Shown here one piece after another: positions 1 through 9,035 of a stretch of 64,000 nt of DNA; the stretch's first letter is position 1, and every line of letters starts with the position of its first letter. The notes below the pieces were generated by a model. It ran no database searches. It saw only the letters and a program-made list of their open reading frames with translations, and was not told where the DNA came from. Source of the DNA: Thermoplasmatales archaeon (lineage in GTDB: Archaea > Thermoplasmatota > Thermoplasmata > Thermoplasmatales > GCA-001856825); the NCBI GenBank assembly GCA_038728965.1, contig JAVYSX010000003.1, positions 4,218 through 68,217 on the forward strand, read 5' to 3'. The position numbers and the translations under genes are program-made.

Positions 1-468
1 CCCGGAGGCTTTGTTGGTGTTGGATTCGGTGGAAGGGGTGGCTTTGGGGGTCCAACAGTAAGCATGCAGACTGTTATAGAATCGGGCACGGATGTTGACC
101 AGGTGAGTTATCCGGTAGTTGCTGTAGATAATCTAAACCAGTATCAACCACCCGACTATATTTTCAATCTCTCACAGAAGAGAGAGCTATCTTCAAAAGA
201 CCTATCCGGTTCAGTGAAATTGATGAACGGTACCATGGGGGAGGAGAAGGCGAGGGTGGAATGCAAGGTTAGGTTACAGCAGTGGGTCATCAGAAAACTT
301 CAAAGGAGGGTCCATGGCTTCCAGTCTGCTGAGGTCAATGTGGACATAGCTGATATTTACTTGGTGCATATCCCTATATGGACCCTCGGGTTCACGAGAA
401 AATCTGAGAACATCTTCCTCCTATTGGACGGTCACAATGCCACAGTAATGGAAGATATAAGGGTTTAG
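1..468 (+). CDS. hypothetical protein, probably 5'-truncated by the window edge
   Basis: The frame of ORF 64..468 is open from base 1 with no stop before the ATG at 64. The gene therefore probably starts upstream. The first 21 codons are Gly-rich (PGGFVGVGFGGRGGFGGP). No family recognised. Confidence 0.4.
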   Translation, partial: PGGFVGVGFGGRGGFGGPTVSMQTVIESGTDVDQVSYPVVAVDNLNQYQPPDYIFNLSQKRELSSKDLSGSVKLMNGTMGEEKARVECKVRLQQWVIRKLQRRVHGFQSAEVNVDIADIYLVHIPIWTLGFTRKSENIFLLLDGHNATVMEDIRV

Positions 469-503
469 CGGAAGATTATTTTATATCTCCCAAATTTAGG
501 GCA

Positions 504-2204
504 ATGATTCGATACTCATTAGACCTGGCAGGTGCTCCGCAAGGAACTGTAAACGTGGTAATGGAATTCCCCGCGGACGGAAACTGCGAGGCCGTGATGC
601 CTGTCTGGACCCCCGGATCATATTCCGTTCGTGACTTTTCCCGTCATATATTTGATCTAACATCAACCGGGAAGATAACTCAGGAATCAAAAAATAGATG
701 GAAGGCGGAGCCCAAAGATGGAAGGGTTGAAATAAGGTACAGCGTATTTTGCGACGAACTATCAGTTCAGACAAGTTACGCGAGCAGTGATTTTACCTTA
801 CTCAACGGAGCTGGAATATTCGCATATGTTGAAGGAAGAAAGGGGGAGGCCTGTGAGGTCAGGCTTCAAAATCTTCGAGGAAAGAAAGTGGCTACGGGAC
901 TTGATGGAGAATATAATGTTCTACACGCAGAAAATTACGACCATTTGGTCGATTCACCTCTCCTTATTGGAGAATTCGCAGAATTGGAATTCAGTGTTAT
1001 GGGAAAGGGGCACACAATTGCCTGGCAAGGGTTGATGCCTGTCCCGGCCGAGAGAGTTGTGAGCGATTTCAAAAAGATTGTTGAGGAGGAATGGAAAGTA
1101 TTTGGGGATCTGCCATACAAGAGATATGTTTTCATAATAGTTTCCATCCCAGATGAGCTTTATGGGGGTCTTGAACACAGGAACAGCACAGCAATTTTAA
1201 CAAATAGCAATAAGCTAGTGGATCCAACCGACTACAAGCTTTTTCTGTCTACTGTTTCACATGAATTTTTCCACACCTGGAACGTTAAGAGGATCAGGCC
1301 AAAAGAGCTGGGTCCCTTTGACTATACCGGGGAGGTGTACACGGACCTGCTGTGGTTAAGCGAAGGCTTCACCTCCTACTATGAGTGGCTAATATTGTGG
1401 AGGACAGGGATCGTTACGGAAGAGGAGTATTTCAATCATATATCAAAAATGGTCGAGTATTACTGGCTCCAACCTGGCCATTCCTACCCGGCTGATCTTT
1501 CATCTTTTAACACCTGGATAAAACTTTACAAACCGGACGGAAACATATTGAACGCATATGTATCTTATTATCTGAAGGGAGAGTTGATTGCGCTAGCTCT
1601 GAACTGCTATATCCTGGAGGAGACGGGAGGGAGGAATAGCCTTGATGATCTCTTCAGGGGTATCTACGAGGAGTTCAAGGTGAACGGAGAGGGAATAGAT
1701 AAAGGGAAACTTGTTGAACATTTAAATCAAATTGTTGGGAAAGATTCCTCAGAACTCATTGCTAAGCTCACCGAGGGGTATGGGGAGATCGATTTTGCCC
1801 ATTACCTTAGGACGGTAGGGTACTCACTTGAGATGAAAGTAAGAAAAACCCCACCTCCGGGATTCATCGGCTTGGTCCTCTCAGATTCCAAAGGTAAGAT
1901 TAACGTGCGTGGTGTGCTAAAAGGCTATCCGGCATTCAACGCAGGGATTCTTCCCAGTGATGAGGTTGTGGCAGTCAACGGGCAGCGCTTTACGGAATTT
2001 TTCACGAGGGAAATATCCTCCGAAATTAAAAATTTCAAGCTTGATGACCTAAAATGGGTCAGGCCCGGGGAGGAGGTGTCCGTACAAGTGTTCAGAAACA
2101 ACAGGCTTCTTAGCTTCAGCTTAAGAGCGGTAGAGGAACCTCCGACGCTATCGGTTGTAAAAAAGGAAGAAGGCAAACTGAAGGATAAAATGCTACGTGG
2201 CTGA
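504..2204 (+). CDS. M61-family (glycyl aminopeptidase-like) zinc metalloprotease with C-terminal PDZ domain
   Basis: 566 aa with an HEFFH (HExxH) zinc motif mid-protein and a downstream EG..SYYE segment. The C-terminal PDZ-like segment reads GVLKGYPAFNAGILPSDEVVAVNG. This architecture is typical of peptidase M61. Confidence 0.75.
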   Translation: MIRYSLDLAGAPQGTVNVVMEFPADGNCEAVMPVWTPGSYSVRDFSRHIFDLTSTGKITQESKNRWKAEPKDGRVEIRYSVFCDELSVQTSYASSDFTLLNGAGIFAYVEGRKGEACEVRLQNLRGKKVATGLDGEYNVLHAENYDHLVDSPLLIGEFAELEFSVMGKGHTIAWQGLMPVPAERVVSDFKKIVEEEWKVFGDLPYKRYVFIIVSIPDELYGGLEHRNSTAILTNSNKLVDPTDYKLFLSTVSHEFFHTWNVKRIRPKELGPFDYTGEVYTDLLWLSEGFTSYYEWLILWRTGIVTEEEYFNHISKMVEYYWLQPGHSYPADLSSFNTWIKLYKPDGNILNAYVSYYLKGELIALALNCYILEETGGRNSLDDLFRGIYEEFKVNGEGIDKGKLVEHLNQIVGKDSSELIAKLTEGYGEIDFAHYLRTVGYSLEMKVRKTPPPGFIGLVLSDSKGKINVRGVLKGYPAFNAGILPSDEVVAVNGQRFTEFFTREISSEIKNFKLDDLKWVRPGEEVSVQVFRNNRLLSFSLRAVEEPPTLSVVKKEEGKLKDKMLRG

Positions 2205-2873
2205 AATGCCCTTTATTATTTCCCTCAGGAGTGATACCATATCCCCTCTTTTCAACCTACCAGTATTAACATTTCTTGGGCTTGGATGGTAGGAGCAGTA
2301 GACGGCTATGTTACCAATTTCATACCTAATTCCGTGTGCAAATCTCCAAGACTTAACATCATAACCCCTGCCCTTGAGGTAAAGTTTGAAATGTTCGAAC
2401 GCGATATTCCCAAGCGCTAAAACTGCCCTGAGGTTTTTCATGCTATCTATTTCGAATCTGAGGTAATCAGAACAGTTGTCCAACTCTTCCCTCGTGGGCT
2501 TGTCATCCGGTGGAACACATTTCAAAGCGGCTGTTATGTAAGCGTCTTTTAGAATAAGGCCATCATCTATGGAAATCGAATCTGGTTTGTTTGATATTCC
2601 AACCTCGTAGAGACAGGAAAATAGGAAGGATGCACTCTTATCACCGGTGAATACCCTCCCGGTTCTGTTCCCCCCGGTCGCCGCGGGAGCCATACCCAGT
2701 ATTAGAAGTTTGGAATTTATGTCTCCAAAACCGGGAACCGGTTTACTCCAAAACTCCTCTCCAGAAAATTTCTTCCTCATCGATGCTACTTCAACCCTGA
2801 ATTTCACAAGTCTGGGGCATCTCTTGCATTGAACGAGTATAGAGTTCATTTCTGAGAGGGAGTTGAATTTCAT
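2193..2873 (-). CDS. uracil-DNA glycosylase, family 4/5 (UdgB-like)
   Basis: 226 aa with an N-terminal CKRCPRL cysteine pair. GMAPAATGGNRTGRVFTGD is the GxAPA...NRTGR variant of the family-4 GEAPG motif. C-terminal YHPSPRN motif is present. Confidence 0.8.
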   Translation of the reverse strand: MKFNSLSEMNSILVQCKRCPRLVKFRVEVASMRKKFSGEEFWSKPVPGFGDINSKLLILGMAPAATGGNRTGRVFTGDKSASFLFSCLYEVGISNKPDSISIDDGLILKDAYITAALKCVPPDDKPTREELDNCSDYLRFEIDSMKNLRAVLALGNIAFEHFKLYLKGRGYDVKSWRFAHGIRYEIGNIAVYCSYHPSPRNVNTGRLKRGDMVSLLREIIKGISAT

Positions 2874-3613
2874 AGGTTCACCCTAAAAAGTTTGTCTGTC
2901 ATGATCCTCGAAAGAAGCTGCCTAATACCGTAGGGTGAACTAAGTCTGAACCTGGCATTAGTGGCACCCTCCCCTACCTTGATTGTGACATGCCGCTCAA
3001 GCATTTTGAATGCCTCCTCATCAGTGTTGTCATCACCCGCAAACATGATAAAATCTCCGGGGATCATTTTTTTCTTGATCGCGACCCCCTTGTTTATGCC
3101 TGTGATTCTCAATTCAAATATATATTTACCTGAATATAATTCGAAACCCTCCTCGTTTATGGAGCTCATTTCCCTCATTAGGATATCCCATTTATCCCTC
3201 GAAACTTGGTAGTAGTGGAACATAACACCTCCACCTTTATCCTTTATAATCAGGCCAGGAAATAGGGATTTTAGGTATCCATACTTTAGTGCGATTTCCC
3301 TTGATTTTTTCACATAGAACTCGAAACCCTCTATGGCATCTTCATTGCCATTCTGGTCGCAGAACTGGGCGCCGTGCATCGCTATTACGTTGAAACCGGG
3401 ACCTACAAGACCAAGAAGGTCTTCCAAGGATCTCCCGGTAACTAAGTACATTGGTACAACGGAACCGAAACTCCAAAGGATTGATAAAAGATCTTCGTCT
3501 GGCGTCGCCAGGGCAGGATCAGTAGTTATATTCACAATGGTACCGTCGTAATCAAGGAAAGCCTTAGTAATACCGCCCTTCCCTTCAATCTCGTTCAATA
3601 TCTCCTCCAACAT
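2870..3613 (-). CDS. otsB: trehalose-6-phosphate phosphatase-like HAD-IIB hydrolase
   Basis: 247 aa with FLDYDGTIV (DxDGT nucleophile motif), VTGRS, and GDDNTDEEAF near the C-terminus. This pattern matches OtsB/T6PP. There is a 4-nt overlap with the downstream UDG gene. Confidence 0.7.
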   Translation of the reverse strand: MLEEILNEIEGKGGITKAFLDYDGTIVNITTDPALATPDEDLLSILWSFGSVVPMYLVTGRSLEDLLGLVGPGFNVIAMHGAQFCDQNGNEDAIEGFEFYVKKSREIALKYGYLKSLFPGLIIKDKGGGVMFHYYQVSRDKWDILMREMSSINEEGFELYSGKYIFELRITGINKGVAIKKKMIPGDFIMFAGDDNTDEEAFKMLERHVTIKVGEGATNARFRLSSPYGIRQLLSRIMTDKLFRVNL

Positions 3614-3651
3614 TTTAGATTACCTAGCCTCCTCAGTTCAATATCTTCAGA

Positions 3652-5157
3652 TCACTTAAATATATCAAAGGTTGTCTGGACATTCCTTCTGTTGTCAGAG
3701 AGAATATACCTCATTTTCCTCTCCTTCCTGCTAGCAGAGTAAAGGTAAGACAGGTCTCTGGAATTTTCCATAAGGAGGATGAATACTCTACCTCTCCCAT
3801 ACCTTCCTGTTCTACCCTTTCTCTGTATAGATCTGATTTCGCTTGGAACCGGCTCGTAGAATACCACCGTATCCGCTGACGGAATGTCGAGGCCTTCCTC
3901 ACCGACTTGTGTTGCTATTATTATCTTTGTCTCGCCATCCCGGAACTTTTTGATAACCAGCCCCTGTTCCTTTTGGCTCATGCCCTTCCAATCACTTCGT
4001 GGACTCTGGCCTATGAACTTTTCGCATGAGAAACCTTCATTCTTGAGGGTTCGTGTCAGTATTTCAGCCGTGAGGCGATAGTGGCAGAAGACTATCGCCT
4101 TGGAATACTGATTTTCACTCAGTATCTTTATGACGGCGTGCATCTTCGGGGTATGCTCCTCAATTCTACCTTTAGTCAGCTCTTCTACTTTCTGCTCAAT
4201 CGAGAGCATTCTCGGATCCTTGAAGATAACTGATGCCTTCCTGTTGTTTTCCTTTGTTTCTTTGATGTATTCCTTAAGTGGGAGGAGCCCCTGTGTCTCA
4301 GCGAATTCAATGAAATAATCGAGTATTATTGCAGCCGTCCGGAGTCTCGCCACTGCGTAGAAATACTTGTTGCCTTTTCTGATCTCTGATGATATCATGT
4401 CGCTAAGGGCAATCAGATCCTTCCTGGATTTTATTTCCGTGTTTATGGAGAAGTTTGAGAATTTTTCTACTGTATCTAAAAACATCTCCCTAAGCTGAGA
4501 AACTACTTCCGCGTATTTCACAGGCATCTGAATCTTTACTTGGTTTACCTCTATCCCCTTCAGGTAGGGAACCACATCCGGCGACTTCTCATCCCTGATC
4601 TCTATGTTTTCAATATGGAGGTTTTTGACTATTTGATCTATCTTCGCGTAATCTCCCCCGGGAGACGCTGTGGTCGCTATTATTCTGGAATTATTGAAGA
4701 ATTCCGCTATCCTCACATACGCATAATTTCCTATGGCCCTGTGGGCCTCGTCAAAAACAACCACAGCTACTTTTTCCCTCACTCCAAAGAGGAGATCCTG
4801 ATCATTGTCTATGACCTGTGGGGTGGAGGCAATGATCCTGCCAGTTCCATAAAGTTTTTTCCTTTCATCCCTTTTAATTTCGCCGGTAACTTCGACTATT
4901 TCATCACCCTTGAGATTAAGGAACTTTCTCAATGTTTCGCAGTGCTGGTGAACCAATGGCCTAGTTGGTGCAAGAAAAATACACTTCCCGCCATCCTTTA
5001 TCAATATCGATATAGCTATTATAGCTATTACGGTCTTTCCTAAAGCGGTGGGTATAACGACCAGCGTGTTCTTCTCTACGGCCTTCATTGCAATTTTATG
5101 TTGATATTCCCTGAATTCTATGAGGTCTTCCCTGAGGATGTTGGAATATCTAGGCAC
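3652..5157 (-). CDS. Hef/FANCM/Mph1-like SF2 DEAH helicase (helicase module only)
   Basis: 501 aa with motif I PTALGKT, motif II FDEAH, motif III TASP and motif VI QRKGRTGR. The N-terminus (EFREYQHKIA) resembles archaeal Hef. No ERCC4 nuclease domain is present in the ORF. Confidence 0.7.
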   Translation of the reverse strand: MPRYSNILREDLIEFREYQHKIAMKAVEKNTLVVIPTALGKTVIAIIAISILIKDGGKCIFLAPTRPLVHQHCETLRKFLNLKGDEIVEVTGEIKRDERKKLYGTGRIIASTPQVIDNDQDLLFGVREKVAVVVFDEAHRAIGNYAYVRIAEFFNNSRIIATTASPGGDYAKIDQIVKNLHIENIEIRDEKSPDVVPYLKGIEVNQVKIQMPVKYAEVVSQLREMFLDTVEKFSNFSINTEIKSRKDLIALSDMISSEIRKGNKYFYAVARLRTAAIILDYFIEFAETQGLLPLKEYIKETKENNRKASVIFKDPRMLSIEQKVEELTKGRIEEHTPKMHAVIKILSENQYSKAIVFCHYRLTAEILTRTLKNEGFSCEKFIGQSPRSDWKGMSQKEQGLVIKKFRDGETKIIIATQVGEEGLDIPSADTVVFYEPVPSEIRSIQRKGRTGRYGRGRVFILLMENSRDLSYLYSASRKERKMRYILSDNRRNVQTTFDIFK

Positions 5158-5195
5158 ATATGTTAATAATTTTCAGGCTTTAACCTTGGCATTCC

Positions 5196-6557
5196 TTATT
5201 TGCGGGTTCTGAATTCCATTATTTTTTTGTTTACTGTTTCCTCAAGAGATCTTCCGTGGTCAACCGTGAAATAGAACGCCCCGATCCTCCGTCTTATGAC
5301 GTCCTCCGTCGTTATTGCGCATTCCTGTTTTATCGCACACTCTATGGCATCAGCACAGTTCCTCCTGTAGGAGATAACAGGCAACCCTGATGTTTTTATT
5401 TTAAGTCCTATCACGTCTCCTACCTTTGCGGCGACCTTCCTTGAAGCATTTCTGTAGTTTGTTATCTTCACGCCCATGACGGATATCATCCTTTTTTCCC
5501 TTACAAGATGGAAGTCCCTAGTAACTCGACCTGGATCGTTCCCACTTCCGTAGAGTGGTCTCACGCCTACGTATTCACCCACTACGTCATCTTTCTTCAG
5601 CTCCCTTATTATCCTCGAAACAGATGAAAATATGTACTCCCTCTCTTTGTCCTCAATGTGATCGTCCCAAGGCCTGTCTGTGAAGTCATCGGTTGTACCA
5701 GCTATGACCACCTCCCCCCTTGGGATCAGGAACATCTGTCTTTTATCTATATGTGATCGAAATGCAATGGCGTTCTGTATGTTCAGACGCTTATTGTTTA
5801 ATATTAGGTGAACTCCGCGTGAAAGCCTAAGATTTTCAATTTTTTTCTGAGCGTATTTCTCGTGCACCTCATTAACCCAAGGACCTGTTGCATTCACGAC
5901 AGCATTCGTCCTCACCGAATAGCTCCTCCCATCAAGAGAGTCCCTAAGGTTTACTAAAACTCCTTCTTCTTCGTTCCTAAAATCCTGGACCGAAACATAA
6001 TTGAGGGCGCTAGCACCATTCATTACAGCAGAAACCACGTTATAAATCACAAGAAGCGCATCATCAGTCAGGCCGTCCATATAGGAAAAGTATCCGCGAT
6101 AGCCATCGTAGTCGTATTTTCCCCCGTGGAATCTTGGAATCTGGTGGATACCACCCAGAACATTGTAAAGAAGGAGACCAGAAGATATTGAGAGCCTCGA
6201 CCAAGAGAAGCTGTCGATCAATATATCGAAGTTCATGCTCTTTACTATCTCCACATTCTTCAATAGGTAATTTCGCTCTAGGAGCAGTTCCCTTGTTAGG
6301 AGGAGGTGTCCCTGGGCAAGGTATCTGAGCCCTCCGTGGATCAGTTTTGATGAGTTACTACTTGTTCCAGATCCAAAATCTCCCTTTTCTACAAGAAGAA
6401 CTCTTAGATCATTTGAGGCAAGAACTCCCGCAACACCCGCTCCAGTTATTCCTCCGCCGATGATTAAAACATCGAATTCTTTTCCGTCAAGCGTGTCAAG
6501 AATTTGCTTTCTTGTGAAGTAGGAGAACTCCATATCTCTAAGATGAAATCGCGGCAT
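5196..6557 (-). CDS. glpA: FAD-dependent glycerol-3-phosphate dehydrogenase
   Basis: 453 aa with the dinucleotide fold DVLIIGGGITGAGVA. SSNSSKLIHGGLRYL matches the GlpA/GlpD signature. Confidence 0.8.
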   Translation of the reverse strand: MPRFHLRDMEFSYFTRKQILDTLDGKEFDVLIIGGGITGAGVAGVLASNDLRVLLVEKGDFGSGTSSNSSKLIHGGLRYLAQGHLLLTRELLLERNYLLKNVEIVKSMNFDILIDSFSWSRLSISSGLLLYNVLGGIHQIPRFHGGKYDYDGYRGYFSYMDGLTDDALLVIYNVVSAVMNGASALNYVSVQDFRNEEEGVLVNLRDSLDGRSYSVRTNAVVNATGPWVNEVHEKYAQKKIENLRLSRGVHLILNNKRLNIQNAIAFRSHIDKRQMFLIPRGEVVIAGTTDDFTDRPWDDHIEDKEREYIFSSVSRIIRELKKDDVVGEYVGVRPLYGSGNDPGRVTRDFHLVREKRMISVMGVKITNYRNASRKVAAKVGDVIGLKIKTSGLPVISYRRNCADAIECAIKQECAITTEDVIRRRIGAFYFTVDHGRSLEETVNKKIMEFRTRK

Positions 6558-6735
6558 AAAAAATATTACAGCGCCCCGATCACCAGAGGTTCCAAATTAG
6601 AAGTGAGTTTTTAATTGTTATTAGTTATCTGTGGCAGGTGCGTCCCGGGTATAATATAACAGTTTCCCTTTTTTTATCTTAAGAAATATAACTTTCACGA
6701 GAACATTTATTTACCTCCAGGGGATACCGTGCGCA

Positions 6736-7980
6736 GTGTTTCACCCAGATCCAGTATTTACCTATATCCTTCTAATCTCGGTCGTGACAACGGCGGTATA
6801 CCTAATTTACTATTTTGTAAACGTTTACTATCTAGTAAGGCACAGAGGCTCGGAGGAAAGAGAATCGAATATTGAAAGTGGTGATGTAACAATTTTGATC
6901 CCAGTATACAACGAGAAGGTTGACTTGTTCACAAAGGTTATCGATTCTGCCATCTCTCAGGGTGTCGTTGTACTGGTCGTCGGCGACTCTATTGATGAAC
7001 CCTACAGGTCGATTGCGGAAAGCAGGGGTGCACGCTTCATTCACCTTGAGAGGAGGGGCGGGAAGAGAAAAGCTATATCGGAGGGCATAAAATTTGTTGA
7101 AACTAAATTCGTTCTTTTCTTGGATAGCGATACGGTTCTTCCTAAGAATGCTGTTAGAACTATGCTAACTCATTTTAAACCCAACGTGGGTGGTGTCGGT
7201 GCCAATGTAACCGTGTCAAGATCATCAAGCGGAGCCTCCTATAGTGCTGAGTTCATGGAGCGGGCCAGGGAGATTGTACTTAGAGCTATGTCCGCACATG
7301 GTGGTAGCGTGATGGTCATCGATGGGAAATGCGCCATGTATAGGACAGAAATCATAAAACCGCTAATCCTTTCAAAGGAATTCATCGACCCGAAGATAGC
7401 AGGTCGACCTGCAATAATGGGTGACGATCAGCAGATGACATCGTACATTATAAGAAATGGGTATAAGGCAGAGAAAAGCTTCGAAGTGGCCGTAGAAACA
7501 GAACCGCCGGAAAACTTCAAGCAGTTCACGAAACAGAGCATCAGATGGGCCAGGAGCTCCTATTATTACTTCTTCAAGAACTTGTTTAATGGTACCGCCC
7601 TCCGTGCAGGTGGTTTCTACGCTTTTGAAACAGTAGCCACATTTGTTATGCCCCTCTTGACACTGGGGCTTGGTATATTCAGGTTGTACTTTGAATTCAG
7701 GTTCATCGGGCATCATGCCAGCACATTTCTGGATCTTGTTCAGAATTTCATAGCATTGAACCTGATTGGGTTTCACCGGAGGGGTATCAATTTATTCCAC
7801 CTCCTTTCTTATGCGGGTATTCCAGGACCGGTTCTGTTCGGTTCAGCACTGACACTCAACCTCAAAAGGGAAAGGCTCAGAACTCTTGGTTACGGTGGGA
7901 TTGCGCTCCTTATAATATTTGCAACTTCAATTTATGGAATGCTCACTTGCTGGAAACAATGGTCCTGGTTGACAAGATAA
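6736..7980 (+). CDS. polytopic family-2 glycosyltransferase, processive HAS/NodC/chitin-synthase-like
   Basis: 414 aa with a GTG start, an N-terminal TM helix and C-terminal TM helices. Motifs occur in order: IPVYNE, FLDSDT (DxD), GDDQQMT and QSIRWARS (QxxRW). Confidence 0.75.
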   Translation: MFHPDPVFTYILLISVVTTAVYLIYYFVNVYYLVRHRGSEERESNIESGDVTILIPVYNEKVDLFTKVIDSAISQGVVVLVVGDSIDEPYRSIAESRGARFIHLERRGGKRKAISEGIKFVETKFVLFLDSDTVLPKNAVRTMLTHFKPNVGGVGANVTVSRSSSGASYSAEFMERAREIVLRAMSAHGGSVMVIDGKCAMYRTEIIKPLILSKEFIDPKIAGRPAIMGDDQQMTSYIIRNGYKAEKSFEVAVETEPPENFKQFTKQSIRWARSSYYYFFKNLFNGTALRAGGFYAFETVATFVMPLLTLGLGIFRLYFEFRFIGHHASTFLDLVQNFIALNLIGFHRRGINLFHLLSYAGIPGPVLFGSALTLNLKRERLRTLGYGGIALLIIFATSIYGMLTCWKQWSWLTR

Positions 7981-8976
7981 TCATATAGAATCTTGGATTG
8001 AGATCCGATTATTCAGAAAAGATACCCTCGTGACGAAGTCTGATAGGTCCATCATGGCTGTCTCGAGATGCCATAGCCTGTCCCTTGGCGCAATTGCTAG
8101 AATGAACCCGGCAGAACCGCCACCCATCAGCCTCGCAGTGCAAGCGCCATTTTTTATTGCGGCCTCAATTATGGAGTCCACTTTCTCGTTTGTTATCCCT
8201 TGCCCTAGTTTCTTCTTTAGTTCCCACCCCCTACTCATAAGCTTGCAAAATGAACCGAAATCCCTACCGGCAACGGAATCTCTAGCCTGGAGTGTCAATT
8301 TCTTCATTTCAAGGAGAGTTTCAATCAGTTCTCCGGAGCCGTCATTGAGCTTGCTCACCTCCTCCTGGAGTTCCATTGAACTGTTCCTCGTCGAGCCAGT
8401 GTAAATTATGATGGATGATCGGCTGAGAAGCTCCGAGAACCCGTTGGACGCGTCTATACTATCTATTGTAGCCCTTTCTCCAGCAAATTCTACGTATTTT
8501 AGGCCAGGAAACGGTATTGCATATGGGTCCTGTAGACCAAGTGTTACTCTGAAATGATCCCTCTCTATCCTGTAAGATTCTCCTGCCAGCTTAATCCAGT
8601 CTAGGCTCTCACCTCTGACCAATTTAATCACTGTTAGTAGTGCAAGAACGAGGGAGGTTGAGGACCCCAGACCTGTCCCTGCCGGTACATCCCCGGCAAC
8701 TGTCAGGCGTCCCGTATCTATTCCATTTATCTTAAGAAGTCTGGAAATTCCGTTGAGAAAATCATTTCCAGATTGTCCAACTGCGCTCCAGCTTTTTAGT
8801 ATGTCCCTTGATGCTATCTCAAGAGGCAATCCGTCGTCTACGTATCTTACCGTTACTCCTATGTCTATAGTTGCATTTATAACGCAACCGCCGTAGAGAT
8901 CTGGAAAGGGGGGGACATCCGTGCCACCCCCTATAAAGCTCACCCTATAAGGAGAGAAGACTGAGATCCTTCTCAT
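7981..8976 (-). CDS. GHMP-family sugar kinase (HddA/fucokinase-like anomeric sugar kinase)
   Basis: 331 aa with N-terminal VSFIGGGTDVPPF..YGGCVINATID. The GHMP ATP motif PAGTGLGSSTS is present. Confidence 0.7.
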   Translation of the reverse strand: MRRISVFSPYRVSFIGGGTDVPPFPDLYGGCVINATIDIGVTVRYVDDGLPLEIASRDILKSWSAVGQSGNDFLNGISRLLKINGIDTGRLTVAGDVPAGTGLGSSTSLVLALLTVIKLVRGESLDWIKLAGESYRIERDHFRVTLGLQDPYAIPFPGLKYVEFAGERATIDSIDASNGFSELLSRSSIIIYTGSTRNSSMELQEEVSKLNDGSGELIETLLEMKKLTLQARDSVAGRDFGSFCKLMSRGWELKKKLGQGITNEKVDSIIEAAIKNGACTARLMGGGSAGFILAIAPRDRLWHLETAMMDLSDFVTRVSFLNNRISIQDSI

Positions 8977-9035
8977 CTTGATGTTAAAATAAATCTGGGT
9001 ATAAAATTGAAATCCTTAAAGGGACTAGCATTTTT

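Noticed and set aside
4540-5043. A 167-aa plus-strand ORF inside the helicase gene.
   Set aside because: It is antisense shadow of a well-supported gene, with low-complexity, Tyr/Ser-rich composition.
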